Positions 49,112-57,952 of a stretch of DNA of 57,952 nt are shown here, piece after piece. The stretch spans positions 1 through 57,952 of the forward strand of contig JANMJM010000285.1 of the NCBI GenBank assembly GCA_031371345.1. Reading direction: 5' to 3'. Each line of letters begins with the position of its first letter. Within the stretch, counting starts at the first letter, position 1. The notes below the pieces were generated by a model. That model saw only the letters and a program-made list of their open reading frames with translations. It was not told where the DNA came from and ran no database searches. The translations under genes and the position numbers were made by a program. The stretch comes from Vicinamibacteria bacterium (lineage in GTDB: Bacteria > Acidobacteriota > Vicinamibacteria > Vicinamibacterales > JAMQPK01).

Positions 49112-49161
49112 TGTAACAACGCTTTAACGAGGGTGTAACGCGAATTAACACAGACGAAACA
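49112..49161 (+). promoter_or_regulatory. Candidate Pho-box array upstream of porin-pstSCA
   Basis: TGTAACA, TTTAACG, TGTAACG, ATTAACA, CGAAACA with (T/A)AAC cores at 49114, 49125, 49136, 49146, 49157 (11, 11, 10, 11 bp). Confidence 0.75.
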
Positions 49162-49235
49162 GCTTGGAAATCCATCAGAAACCGTTCGTTTATAGGCTCT
49201 TCTCAGGCACAAGGCATATTCAAAGGAGCTGAGGA

Positions 49236-50363
49236 GTGCATACTCCCCGTCTGAGAACCGCGATCGCGACGTTGCTGATGACTGCTTTCCCGATGCTCGT
49301 TGCCGCACAGGCGACCACACCGCCGCCGGTCACGCCGGCACCGACACCGGCGCCCAATCCGGCCGACACCCCGAACATCCGTATCGGGGCGACGATTTTC
49401 GCCGACTACACGTTCGTGCAGTCGCCGCAAATGACCGACGCCGACGGCAACACCGTCCACTCGAATGCGTTTAATGTGGGACGTAGCTACATCAACATAA
49501 CGGGAAACATCTCGCACATCGTCAATTTCCGCATTACGCCCGACATCTCGCGCGAAACCGGGACGGGGAGTTCCCTGAACGGCAGCTTGGTGTTCCGCAT
49601 CAAATACGCATTTCTCCAGATGAACCTCGATGAATGGACCGGCGCCGGATCGTGGACGCGCCTCGGCATTCAACAGACCCCGATTGTCGATTTCGAAGAA
49701 GGGATTTATCGGTACAGGTTTCAGGGAACCGTCTTCTCGGAACGCGACGGGTTTCTGACTTCGTCGGACGCCGGCGCCTCGTTTCACGCGAACCTGCCCC
49801 GGAACTACGGCGACGTGCACGTCGGCGTCTATAACGGCGAAGGCTATAGCCGTCTGGAAGCGAACAACACGAAAGCGTTCCAGATTCGCGGGTCGCTCCG
49901 GCCGTTCCCAACAAAGGCGGTTGTTCGCGGGCTTCGCGTGCATGGCTTTTGGGACAACGACGCCTACGTGAAGCATGCCGGAAAGACGCGTGCGATGGCG
50001 ATGGTCACCTTCGAGCATCCTCATCTCAACGCTGGCTTCGACTACCTTTCGGCGAGCGATCAGACTTTGCTGAGCTCGCGTAAACGCGACGCGCATGGCT
50101 TCTCGTTCTGGGCCACGCCGCGCGCGAGCAACGGATGGGAAGGGCTGTTTCGCCTCGACCATCTCGAACCCGACTCACTCGCCGATGCCCGTCGCAACCG
50201 CACGATCGCGGGTGTCGCCTACTGGTTTCCTCATCAGGGAAGCGTGTCTGCCGCACTCTTGCTCGATTACGAACGCGTCAACCTTCAGACCAACACGCCG
50301 GCCATCTTCGCGCCGGCCGACACGCAAAAGCGCGTCGCCGTCCACGCTTTGATCAATTTCTAA
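49236..50363 (+). CDS. Outer-membrane porin, probably phosphate-selective (OprO/OprP-like)
   Basis: Signal peptide, Pro-rich linker, F.V.R.YINI.G, RIKYAF, G.YNGEG, terminal aromatic INF; first gene of the pstS operon. Confidence 0.75.
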   Translation: MHTPRLRTAIATLLMTAFPMLVAAQATTPPPVTPAPTPAPNPADTPNIRIGATIFADYTFVQSPQMTDADGNTVHSNAFNVGRSYINITGNISHIVNFRITPDISRETGTGSSLNGSLVFRIKYAFLQMNLDEWTGAGSWTRLGIQQTPIVDFEEGIYRYRFQGTVFSERDGFLTSSDAGASFHANLPRNYGDVHVGVYNGEGYSRLEANNTKAFQIRGSLRPFPTKAVVRGLRVHGFWDNDAYVKHAGKTRAMAMVTFEHPHLNAGFDYLSASDQTLLSSRKRDAHGFSFWATPRASNGWEGLFRLDHLEPDSLADARRNRTIAGVAYWFPHQGSVSAALLLDYERVNLQTNTPAIFAPADTQKRVAVHALINF

Positions 50364-50373
50364 TGGAGACATC

Positions 50374-51438
50374 ATGAAGAAGCGACTGGCACCTCTCCTG
50401 GTTTTCGCACTGTGCACGGCTTGTGGCGGCAGCAGCGCGCCTGACGCGAATGACGCGGCGGCACCGCCGTCAACCGGCGGCAAGATTCGGGTCACCGGCG
50501 CGGGCGCCACCTTTCCGAATCCGATTTATTCGAAGTGGGTCTCCGAATACGGGAAACTCCACCCGAACGTCGAAATTAACTACCAGTCGATCGGCTCGGG
50601 CGGCGGCATTCGCCAATTGACTGCGCAGACGGTCTTCTTTGGCGCAAGCGACGCGCCGATGACCGACGAACAGATCGCGCAGGCGCCCGGCAAGATTCTG
50701 CACTTTCCGACGGTGCTTGGTGCCGTCGTGCCCGTGTACAACGTCGCCGGCGAGCCGGCGAGCCTGAAATTCACCGGGCCTATCCTTGCCGATATCTTTC
50801 TCGGCAAAATCAAGAAATGGAACGATCCGGCTATCGCGAACATTAATGCGGGCGTGAAACTTCCGAACGCCGATATTACCGTGGTGCATCGCTCGGACGG
50901 GTCGGGCACCAGCTTCATCTTCACCGACTATCTCGGCAAGGTATCACCTGAATGGAAACAGAAGGTCGGCGTGAACGCGTCGGTCAACTGGCCGGTCGGC
51001 GTTGGCGGCAAGGGCAATGAAGGGGTCGCGGGACTGGTGAAGCAGTCGCCGAATTCGATTGGCTACGTCGAGCTCGTGTACGCGCTCCAGAACAAAATCG
51101 CCTACGGCTCGATGCAAAATCAGACCGGTGAGTTCGTCGCGGCCACGACCGACTCGGTGACCGGCGCAGCGGCCGCCGCGGCCGCGAACATGCCGAAAGA
51201 CTTCCGGGTGTCGATCACGAACCCCTCTGGACCCGGTGCGTACCCTATTTCCTCGTTCACCTGGATCTTGCTCTACGAGGACGCGAAAGACAAGAATCAG
51301 GCCAAGGTGATGGCCGACTTCATGAGGTGGGCACTGGCCGACGGCCAGAAATTCGCGCCGGAGCTCGGCTACGCCGTCGTTCCTCAAAACGTGGTGCAGA
51401 TGGAGCTCGAGCAGCTGAATCAGGTGAAAACCCAGTAG
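50374..51438 (+). CDS. pstS: Phosphate ABC transporter substrate-binding lipoprotein
   Basis: Lipobox CTAC; GAGATFP.P.Y.KW, NYQSIGSGGG, FGASD, HRSDGSGT, GKGNEGV, IGYVE, YPI. Confidence 0.97.
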   Translation: MKKRLAPLLVFALCTACGGSSAPDANDAAAPPSTGGKIRVTGAGATFPNPIYSKWVSEYGKLHPNVEINYQSIGSGGGIRQLTAQTVFFGASDAPMTDEQIAQAPGKILHFPTVLGAVVPVYNVAGEPASLKFTGPILADIFLGKIKKWNDPAIANINAGVKLPNADITVVHRSDGSGTSFIFTDYLGKVSPEWKQKVGVNASVNWPVGVGGKGNEGVAGLVKQSPNSIGYVELVYALQNKIAYGSMQNQTGEFVAATTDSVTGAAAAAAANMPKDFRVSITNPSGPGAYPISSFTWILLYEDAKDKNQAKVMADFMRWALADGQKFAPELGYAVVPQNVVQMELEQLNQVKTQ

Positions 51439-52398
51439 ATGAAAGTCACGCGCAGCGGCGGCGACGCCGGATTCAGAATCTTCATTGGTGCCTTCGCGGC
51501 GCTCGTGCTGGTCGTCGTCTCGGCCATTGGCGTGGAGCTCTATCTCGAATCGACGCTGTCGATTCAGAAATTCGGCTTCATGTTCTGGCTGACCGATATC
51601 TGGGATCCCGTGGCGGGACAATTCGGCGCCAAGCCGTTTATTTGGGGAACGCTGTACTCGTCGATTCTTGCGCTCCTGATCGCCGCGCCGATCTCATTGG
51701 GCATCGCCACGTATCTGTCGGAGCTCTGCCCACCCAGTCTTCGACAGCCGCTCATCTTCCTGACCGAGCTGCTTGCCGCGATTCCTTCGATCGTTTACGG
51801 GTTGTGGGGCGTGTTCGTGCTCGTTCCTCTCGTGCGGCAACTCGAAATGAAAGTACCGGAGTCGTGGAGACAGTTCCCGCTGTTTGCCGGGCCGCCGCTC
51901 GGCCTCGGCATGCTCTCGGCCGCGCTCATTCTCGCCATCATGGTGACGCCGTTCATTTCGTCGCTCGCTCGCGAAGTGCTGAAAGCGGTGCCGCGCACAC
52001 AGCGTGAAGGCGCGTACGCGCTCGGTGCCACGCAATGGGAAGCGATCCGTGTCGCCCTTTCCTACGGACGGACGGGAATCATCGGCGCGATCATGCTCGG
52101 ATTTGGCCGTGCGCTTGGCGAGACCATGGCGGTGACCATGGTGATTGGAAATAGCCCGGCCGTGTCGTGGTCGCTCTTTGCTCCGCAATACACAATGGCG
52201 GCGGTGATTGCCAATGAGTTCACCGAAGCGTCCGACGAGCTCCATCTTCACGCACTTATTGAAATCGCGCTCGTGCTCTTCATCATTACTCTTGTCGTGA
52301 ACGGGCTCTCGCGCCTGCTGATCTGGAGCATGACGAAGCACACGGCATCGAAGGCCAGGACCAAGCTCGAACCGGCGAACATCGGGAGCGCGGCATGA
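51439..52398 (+). CDS. pstC: Phosphate ABC transporter permease
   Basis: WDP...FG....WGTL, ELLAAIPS.VYGLWG, E.AYALGAT.WE, GRALGETMAVTMVIGN, IANEF.EA. Confidence 0.96.
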   Translation: MKVTRSGGDAGFRIFIGAFAALVLVVVSAIGVELYLESTLSIQKFGFMFWLTDIWDPVAGQFGAKPFIWGTLYSSILALLIAAPISLGIATYLSELCPPSLRQPLIFLTELLAAIPSIVYGLWGVFVLVPLVRQLEMKVPESWRQFPLFAGPPLGLGMLSAALILAIMVTPFISSLAREVLKAVPRTQREGAYALGATQWEAIRVALSYGRTGIIGAIMLGFGRALGETMAVTMVIGNSPAVSWSLFAPQYTMAAVIANEFTEASDELHLHALIEIALVLFIITLVVNGLSRLLIWSMTKHTASKARTKLEPANIGSAA

Positions 52399-53252
52399 AC
52401 GGTCATCGCACATGGCGGCGGCGCGCGACGTCTCGGATTGCTGTCGCGCTTTGCGCGTTGTCGGTCCTCGTCGCGCTGATTCCGCTCGCGGCGATTTTGT
52501 TTTTTGTCGTCTCGCAGGGAATCCAGGCGCTGAATTGGGACTTCTTCACCAAGATGCCTGTCCCCGTCGGCGAAACGGGCGGCGGCATGGCCAACGCGAT
52601 CGTCGGCACGCTCATGCTGTCGGCCCTTGCGGCGGTGATGGCCGTGCCAGTCGGCATTCTCAGCGGCATTTACATGTCCGAGTACGCCGGCACGCGACTC
52701 GCATCTGCCGTCCGCTTTGCGGCCGACACGCTGAACGGCGTCCCGTCGATCGTGATCGGCGTCTTCGCGTACAGCATTGTCGTGCTGCCGTTCAAACATT
52801 TCTCGATGATTGCGGGCAGCGTTGCGCTCGGCACGATGATGATTCCGATCATCGCGCGCAACACCGAGGAACTGTTGAGGCTGGTCCCACACACGTTGCG
52901 TGAAGGCGCGCTGGCACTGGGCGCGACGCGAGGCCGCGCCGTCATGACCGTGGTCCTGCCGGCCGCGCTTCCCGGCATCATCACCGGGGTCGTCCTGGCG
53001 CTGGCGCGCATCGCCGGCGAAACGGCGCCGCTGCTGTTCACGTCGTTCAACAACCGCTTCTGGAATCTGGATCCGACGAAAACAACGGCGTCGCTGACCG
53101 TACAGATCTTCACGTATGCCAGCTCGCCGTACGAGGACTGGCACCGTCAGGCGTGGGCAGGCGCGCTCGTGCTTGTGACGATCGTCCTGGTGTGCTCGCT
53201 GCTGGCGCGCTTCGCGACCCGCCGCCTCGAAAAAATGTCCCTCGGCAGCTAG
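52395..53252 (+). CDS. pstA: Phosphate ABC transporter permease
   Basis: GG.ANAI.GT, L.GVPSIVIG.F, LREGALALGA, ARIAGETAPLLFT, AWA.ALVL. Confidence 0.96.
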   Translation: MNGHRTWRRRATSRIAVALCALSVLVALIPLAAILFFVVSQGIQALNWDFFTKMPVPVGETGGGMANAIVGTLMLSALAAVMAVPVGILSGIYMSEYAGTRLASAVRFAADTLNGVPSIVIGVFAYSIVVLPFKHFSMIAGSVALGTMMIPIIARNTEELLRLVPHTLREGALALGATRGRAVMTVVLPAALPGIITGVVLALARIAGETAPLLFTSFNNRFWNLDPTKTTASLTVQIFTYASSPYEDWHRQAWAGALVLVTIVLVCSLLARFATRRLEKMSLGS

Positions 53253-53260
53253 TACCCTTG

Positions 53261-53370
53261 ACGACAGAGGTCTCGGAGGCACCCTTCGCAGAAACACAGA
53301 AATTCCTTTTATGAAACGGAATTCCTCTTTGTATTACTTCTTTGTATTACTTCCGTGTTCCTCTGTGGTA
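53261..53370. repeat. Degenerate CACAGA/TCTGTG-type palindromic repeat with a 13-bp tandem duplication
   Basis: ACGACAGAGG...CGCAGAAACACAGAAATTCC opposite GGAATTCC...TTCCGTGTTCCTCTGTGGT; TCTTTGTATTACT x2 at 53326-53351; between convergent pstA and msrA. Confidence 0.65.
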
Positions 53371-53375
53371 AATGG

Positions 53376-54020
53376 CTAGGTCGCGGTGACGCCGACGGGA
53401 CAGCTGACGCCGGTGCCGCCGTGGCCGCAATAGCCGCGGGGATTCTTGGCGAGATATTGCTGGTGATAATCTTCGGCGAAGTAATACTCCCCCGCCGGCG
53501 CGATCTCTGTGGTGATGGGACCATAGCCGGCTGCAGTGAGCCGCTGCTGATAGGCATCTCGCGACTGCTCGGCTGCCCGCTTCTGTGCGTCTGAGTAATA
53601 GTAAATAGCGGATCGATACTGCGTGCCCGCGTCTGCGCCCTGACGCATCCCCTGCGTCGGATCGTGGCCTTCCCAAAACGGCTTCAACATCGCTTCATAG
53701 GATGTCTTTCTTGGATCGAACACGACGCGGACCACTTCGGTGTGACCCGTCTGACCTGAACAGACCTCTTCGTACGAGGCGTTCGGCGTGTATCCGCCGG
53801 CATAGCCGACCGACGTCGAGTGCACTCCAGGCAGCAGCCAGAAGCCTTTCTCCGCTCCCCAGAAACAGCCCATGCCGAACAGCGCCATCTCCATCCCCGG
53901 AAATGGATCATCCATCGGCGTGCCGTGAATCGCATGACGATCGGCCACCATCATCTTCGCGGGTCGGCCGCGAAGTGCCTTTTCAGGCCCGACCATCATC
54001 GTCTTTCGTGGGTTGAACAT
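53376..54020 (-). CDS. msrA: Peptide-methionine (S)-S-oxide reductase
   Basis: [56 protein letters not shown]. Start ATG 54020. Confidence 0.97.
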   Translation of the reverse strand: MFNPRKTMMVGPEKALRGRPAKMMVADRHAIHGTPMDDPFPGMEMALFGMGCFWGAEKGFWLLPGVHSTSVGYAGGYTPNASYEEVCSGQTGHTEVVRVVFDPRKTSYEAMLKPFWEGHDPTQGMRQGADAGTQYRSAIYYYSDAQKRAAEQSRDAYQQRLTAAGYGPITTEIAPAGEYYFAEDYHQQYLAKNPRGYCGHGGTGVSCPVGVTAT

Positions 54021-54061
54021 AAATCCATCATAACCGAGCGCACACGAAAACACGGTAGCGA

Positions 54062-54292
54062 TTACGGCGCCGGGCTGCCGGGAACTTCGGTCCAACCGGC
54101 ACTGCGCAACTGAACGGCTTCCACCATGAAGCGCATCATCGCGTTCTCTACCCGATGCCAGTCATGCAGCCACGTTCGTTTCACTATGCGGTTGTCTTCC
54201 TCTTCCCGAATCTCCCAACCGCGATCATCGGCTTCTCCAACGACGAAGGCACGGGTGTGTTCCTGGCTGCGCAACTGCTTCGAGAAGATCAT
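54062..54292 (-). CDS. Small hypothetical protein (76 aa)
   Basis: Globular-looking sequence (GWEIREEED...DWHRVE...L...GW.E), GGAGGG RBS, co-oriented upstream of msrA. Confidence 0.7.
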   Translation of the reverse strand: MIFSKQLRSQEHTRAFVVGEADDRGWEIREEEDNRIVKRTWLHDWHRVENAMMRFMVEAVQLRSAGWTEVPGSPAP

Positions 54293-54346
54293 TTTGTCTG
54301 CCCTCCACGTGACGGCTGGATTCTGTCACCACCCGGCAGTCACGAC

Positions 54347-54503
54347 TGTAAACACTGCGTAACGTACCCGACCGTTCATAGTGCGAAATCCGGGCCATGT
54401 TTGGGCATACGAGCTATCCCCGGTAGATATGGGAGTGCGGATCCGTTATGTCTCAAAAGGCTACGTTACCCAGAATTAACAGCACGGCAATACCGGGGAA
54501 ATA
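54347..54503 (+). promoter_or_regulatory. Weak candidate 11-bp-period boxes upstream of the response regulator
   Basis: GTAAAC/GTAACG at 54348/54359; TTAACA/GCAATA/GAAATA at 54476/54487/54498. Confidence 0.4.
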
Positions 54504-54527
54504 CCCTCTCTGTAATGTGCCTACTAG

Positions 54528-55253
54528 ATGAAACCAGGGAAAACGAAGGTGCTTATTGTGGAAGACGAGCCCGATATCGCCGGGTTGATGAAGCACGCGC
54601 TCGAGCGGGCCGGCGACCTTGACGTCGAGATTGTCGCGACCGGCGCCGCCGGCTTGAAGTCGGTGATGGAAGATCCGCCGGGGCTGGTGCTGCTCGATCT
54701 GAATCTACCCTTTATCGACGGGATCGAAGTCTGCCGCCTGCTGCGCGGACGGTCCGCCACGGCCGCCATTCCGATCATCATGGTGAGCGCGCGGAGCGGT
54801 GAATCAGAGCGGGTTTCTGGCCTCGAGCTCGGCGCCGACGATTACGTGACCAAGCCGTTCAGCCTGCGAGAGCTCGTCGCGCGCGTCCGCGCCGTGCTTC
54901 GTCGTCCGGCGCAAGTGACGACCGCAGAGCGCGTCAACGCCTACAGGCGAGGGTCGCTCACGATCGACTTTGACGCCGTGTCGGTCACGGTCAGTGGCGC
55001 GTCGGTGAAGTTGACGAAGCGCGAATTCGAACTGTTGTGCTTTCTGGTCGAAAATCGAAACCGTGTCATCTCGCGCGACCGGCTGCTCGAGCGCGTCTGG
55101 GGATTCGACCGGCAAGTCGAAACCCGGTCGGTCGACGTGCACGTGGGGCGCCTTCGCGGCAAGCTGGGGCCGGCCGGCCGTCAAATCGAGACGGTGATTG
55201 GCATGGGATACCGTTTCGTCGAAGAGCCCGAGTCGGCGCCCGCGTTGGATTAA
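54528..55253 (+). CDS. OmpR/PhoB-family response regulator (PhoB/PhoP-like)
   Basis: LIVEDE, LLDLNLP..DG, GLELGADDYVTKPFS.RELVARVRA, LT.REF.LL, SRD.LL..VWG, RSVDVHV.RLR.KL, TV.G.GY. No cognate kinase adjacent. Confidence 0.93.
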   Translation: MKPGKTKVLIVEDEPDIAGLMKHALERAGDLDVEIVATGAAGLKSVMEDPPGLVLLDLNLPFIDGIEVCRLLRGRSATAAIPIIMVSARSGESERVSGLELGADDYVTKPFSLRELVARVRAVLRRPAQVTTAERVNAYRRGSLTIDFDAVSVTVSGASVKLTKREFELLCFLVENRNRVISRDRLLERVWGFDRQVETRSVDVHVGRLRGKLGPAGRQIETVIGMGYRFVEEPESAPALD

Positions 55254-55267
55254 GATTCCAGGACTCC

Positions 55268-56530
55268 ATGAACGACGCGCTCGGCATTATTCTCGGTGGC
55301 GGTCAAGGCTCGCGTCTTTTCCCCCTCACACAAACGCGATCGAAGCCGGCGGTGCCGATTGGCGGTAAATACCGCCTGATCGATGTGCCGATCAGCAATT
55401 GCCTGCACGCCGACGTGCGGCGCATCTTCGTGCTGACGCAGTTCAACTCCATGTCGCTCAACCGCCACATCTCGCAGAGCTATCACATGGACCCGTTCTC
55501 GCGTGGGTTCGTCGACATTCTGGCGGCCGAACAGACGCCCGACAACTCGAATTGGTTTCAGGGCACGGCCGACGCGGTGCGCCAGGCCGCTCGCCATTTC
55601 GTCGGGTACGACGCCGACTACTACCTGATCCTCGCCGGCGATCACCTCTACAGGATGGATTACGGCCAGCTGCTGGACGCACACGCCGAGCAGCATGCCG
55701 ACATCACGGTGGCCGCTCAGCCAGTGACGCCGGAAGATGCGACGTCGATGGGCTTGTTTCTGTTCGATCGCGATGGCCAGATTGTCGGATTCGAGGAAAA
55801 GCCGAAGCCGGAGCGGCTCACGAAAATCGGCAGCAGTGTGCCGTCTGGGTCGCCGTTTCACGCGCGCGTCCACGATCCCGGGAAGCCGTTCATCGCGTCG
55901 ATGGGCATTTATGTTTTTTCGCGCGACGTGCTGCTGCAGATTTTGCAGGGCACCGAGGGAACCGATTTCGGCCGCGAGATTATTCCGGCCTCGCTCACCT
56001 CGTACCGCGTGAAAGCCTATTTGTTCGATGGCTACTGGGCCGACGTTGGAACGATCGAGTCGTTCTACGACGCCAACATCATGCTGACTGAGCCGAACGC
56101 GCCGTTCAAGTTCTTCGATCCAAAGCGGCCGGTGTTCACGCACGAGCGCTTTCTGCCGCCGTCGCACATGCGCGCCTGCACGGTCCGCGAGTCGATCGTC
56201 GCCGATGGATGTTTTCTCGACGCCTGCACGATCGAACAGTCGGTCATCGGCATCCGCACGCACATCGGGAAAGACACGAAAATCACACGGTCGGTGCTGC
56301 TCGGCGCCGACACCTACGGCCCTGAACCGGAGTCGGGCGGACTGGGTATTGGACGGAACGTGACGCTGAATCGCGTGATCATGGACAAGAACGCGAGCAT
56401 CGGCGATGGCGCGCGCCTGGTGAACGCGTCGGGCGTGCAGCACGCCGACGGCGACGGCTACTACATTCGGAACGGCATCATCATCGTGCCGAAATTCGGC
56501 CGGATCGCGCCGGGAACGGTAGTTGATTAG
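55268..56530 (+). CDS. glgC: Glucose-1-phosphate adenylyltransferase
   Basis: ILGGGQGSRLFPLT..RSKPAVP.GGKYRLID, LTQFNS.SLNRH, WFQGTADAVR, GDHLYRMDY, FEEKP, SMGIY, DFG.EIIP. Confidence 0.97.
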   Translation: MNDALGIILGGGQGSRLFPLTQTRSKPAVPIGGKYRLIDVPISNCLHADVRRIFVLTQFNSMSLNRHISQSYHMDPFSRGFVDILAAEQTPDNSNWFQGTADAVRQAARHFVGYDADYYLILAGDHLYRMDYGQLLDAHAEQHADITVAAQPVTPEDATSMGLFLFDRDGQIVGFEEKPKPERLTKIGSSVPSGSPFHARVHDPGKPFIASMGIYVFSRDVLLQILQGTEGTDFGREIIPASLTSYRVKAYLFDGYWADVGTIESFYDANIMLTEPNAPFKFFDPKRPVFTHERFLPPSHMRACTVRESIVADGCFLDACTIEQSVIGIRTHIGKDTKITRSVLLGADTYGPEPESGGLGIGRNVTLNRVIMDKNASIGDGARLVNASGVQHADGDGYYIRNGIIIVPKFGRIAPGTVVD

Positions 56531-56610
56531 TTGGTTGGTTGATTAGTTGCTCGTGGTGGTGCGGGAGTCACGAACTAACAACTAAACAACTAACAACTAA
56601 CCAACCAACT
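56520..56610. repeat. GTTG/CAAC-type palindromic short-unit repeat element
   Basis: TAGTTGATTAGTTGGTTGGTTGATTAGTTG left arm; AACTAACAACTAAACAACTAACAACTAACCAACCAACT right arm; overlaps the glgC stop. Confidence 0.85.
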
Positions 56611-57952
56611 TCAGAAGTTCAGCTTCAATCCCAACTGGAGCTGCCGCGGATCGTAGGTCGAGATAATCGTGCCGAACGCTCCGGAGCTGCGATTGCCGTT
56701 CGGCGGACGGAAGTTCGTCCGATTCAGGAGATTGAAAGCCTCGAACCTGAACTCGAGATCCGACGACCTCGCGAGCGCGAAGTGCTTGCTGAGCGCAAAA
56801 TCCACCTGCCAGAAGAGCGGACCACGGACGATGTTTCGCTTGGCGTTGCCGAACGGTTGGCTGATGTCCGTGGGCAGAACGACGGTCTCCTTGTTGAACC
56901 AATTTGTGATGGTCTGTTGCCCCTTTGGCGCGTACGGATCGCCGATCACATTCGGACGGAAGATATTCTGGCCTCGAAAATCCTGCTGGATCCCGGAGAC
57001 CAACACCGAGGCGGCGGGAGTGTAGGTAAACGTCACAGGTTCGCCGGCATAGAGGCTGCTGATGCCCGATACCTGCCACCCTCCGACCAGCGCGTCCACG
57101 ACTCTGGAGGCATCGCCCATCCAACGGTGCTCGCGTCCCACGGGGAGAGACCACACAAGGCTCGTCGTGTTGTTGTACGGTTGATGGTAGGCCGAATAGC
57201 CGTACTCGGCGTCGAGGTTGTAGTAGTCCTGCGGTGCTGGTGCGTTGCCATTCGGATTTTCAAGCGATCCTGCCCCGTTGTCTTTCGCTACCGACAGCGT
57301 CAACGCGTTCAACAGCGATGACCCGCCACGCATCCGCCATTCGTACTTCATCTGCAGGGCGCGATACCGCGATTTTCCACCGTTGAACGCATAGGTAATG
57401 TCGGCCATGTCCTGAATCGGCCGCCTCGCCTGAAGCGTTAACGTTCCTGCCGCATTGTTCGGCGCCGCCTGGTTGTAATTGGCAAACAGGAGGAGTCCAT
57501 CGGCCTTGTTACCCACATAAGCGACATCGATCAGCATGTCGGTGCCAATCTGCTGTTGCACGCCGACGTGCCAGCTCTGGACTGGGCTCGAGTGATAGTC
57601 ACTCGGGATATAAGTTACGTTGGCCGCGAGCGGGTTGAACTTCGATGGATCTGTGAGGCCAGCCGGATAGCCCTGTTCTGTGGTACGGAACGATGGATCG
57701 GTCGCACTCGCTTGGACGACCACGGCATTGATGACCTGCGGGCCGTTGATCGGTAAGAGGTTTCCTCCACCTGCCCGATTGAAGTGGACGTAGCTCACAC
57801 CCCAACCGGCGCGCACGACAGTCTTCGGCATCATCGTGTAGGCGAACCCAAGGCGCGGTGCGACGTTGTTGCGATCGGGATTGATCAGCGCGCGATCGGC
57901 TGTCGATCCGTCCTTGGCTCGGATCATCTGATGCGTCTTCGGATCCCAGTTC
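56611..57952 (-). CDS. Partial (3' end) Oar-like TonB-dependent receptor
   Basis: D.NN.APRLGFAY, VVRAGWG, QSW..GVQ, YVGN, LPVG, GGWQ.SG, FRFEAFN.LN.TNF, terminal PRQLQLGLKLNF; runs off the window. Confidence 0.92.
   Translation of the reverse strand, partial: NWDPKTHQMIRAKDGSTADRALINPDRNNVAPRLGFAYTMMPKTVVRAGWGVSYVHFNRAGGGNLLPINGPQVINAVVVQASATDPSFRTTEQGYPAGLTDPSKFNPLAANVTYIPSDYHSSPVQSWHVGVQQQIGTDMLIDVAYVGNKADGLLLFANYNQAAPNNAAGTLTLQARRPIQDMADITYAFNGGKSRYRALQMKYEWRMRGGSSLLNALTLSVAKDNGAGSLENPNGNAPAPQDYYNLDAEYGYSAYHQPYNNTTSLVWSLPVGREHRWMGDASRVVDALVGGWQVSGISSLYAGEPVTFTYTPAASVLVSGIQQDFRGQNIFRPNVIGDPYAPKGQQTITNWFNKETVVLPTDISQPFGNAKRNIVRGPLFWQVDFALSKHFALARSSDLEFRFEAFNLLNRTNFRPPNGNRSSGAFGTIISTYDPRQLQLGLKLNF

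Overview
A high-GC bacterial chromosome segment. Gene content (carboxypeptidase-regulatory-type TonB receptors, PEP-CTERM, ACIII-caa3 operon, DUF4159, secreted NHL and cupin proteins) suggests Acidobacteriota, probably Vicinamibacteria; this is an inference. Left to right: (1) a housekeeping block with an atypical IMPDH/GMPR-family gene and amidase-GerMN-rph-rdgB; (2) FAD/Rieske oxidoreductase and a peroxiredoxin; (3) arsR divergent from arsM and a frameshifted arsC, with a clear promoter and paired operators; (4) tRNA-Pro(TGG) followed by an accessory stretch (TBDR-PepSY-MFS uptake operon, hydrolase, PEP-CTERM, NHL, cupin); (5) a TPAT-type TRAP transporter; (6) a secreted 8xEF-hand/LecA-like protein; (7) a hybrid kinase plus a deletion relic of a two-component pair; (8) a complete alternative complex III + caa3 oxidase operon (actABCDEFG-sco-coxBACD); (9) a ~13 kb phosphate-acquisition cluster (pit, DUF47, output-less Cache membrane protein, TBDR, porin, pstSCA without pstB, OmpR/PhoB-family regulator) marked by recurring 11-bp-period TAAC/GTTA repeats; (10) glgC and a partial TBDR. 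The least explained signals are an unannotated ~410-nt transcription unit with a 27-aa small ORF inside the phosphate cluster, the orphan Cache protein, and a family of short-period (4-9 nt unit) palindromic repeats that sit between genes and also inside actB and actE. No CRISPR array, rRNA, integrase or transposase was seen. No database searches were run; all family calls are by motif recognition.
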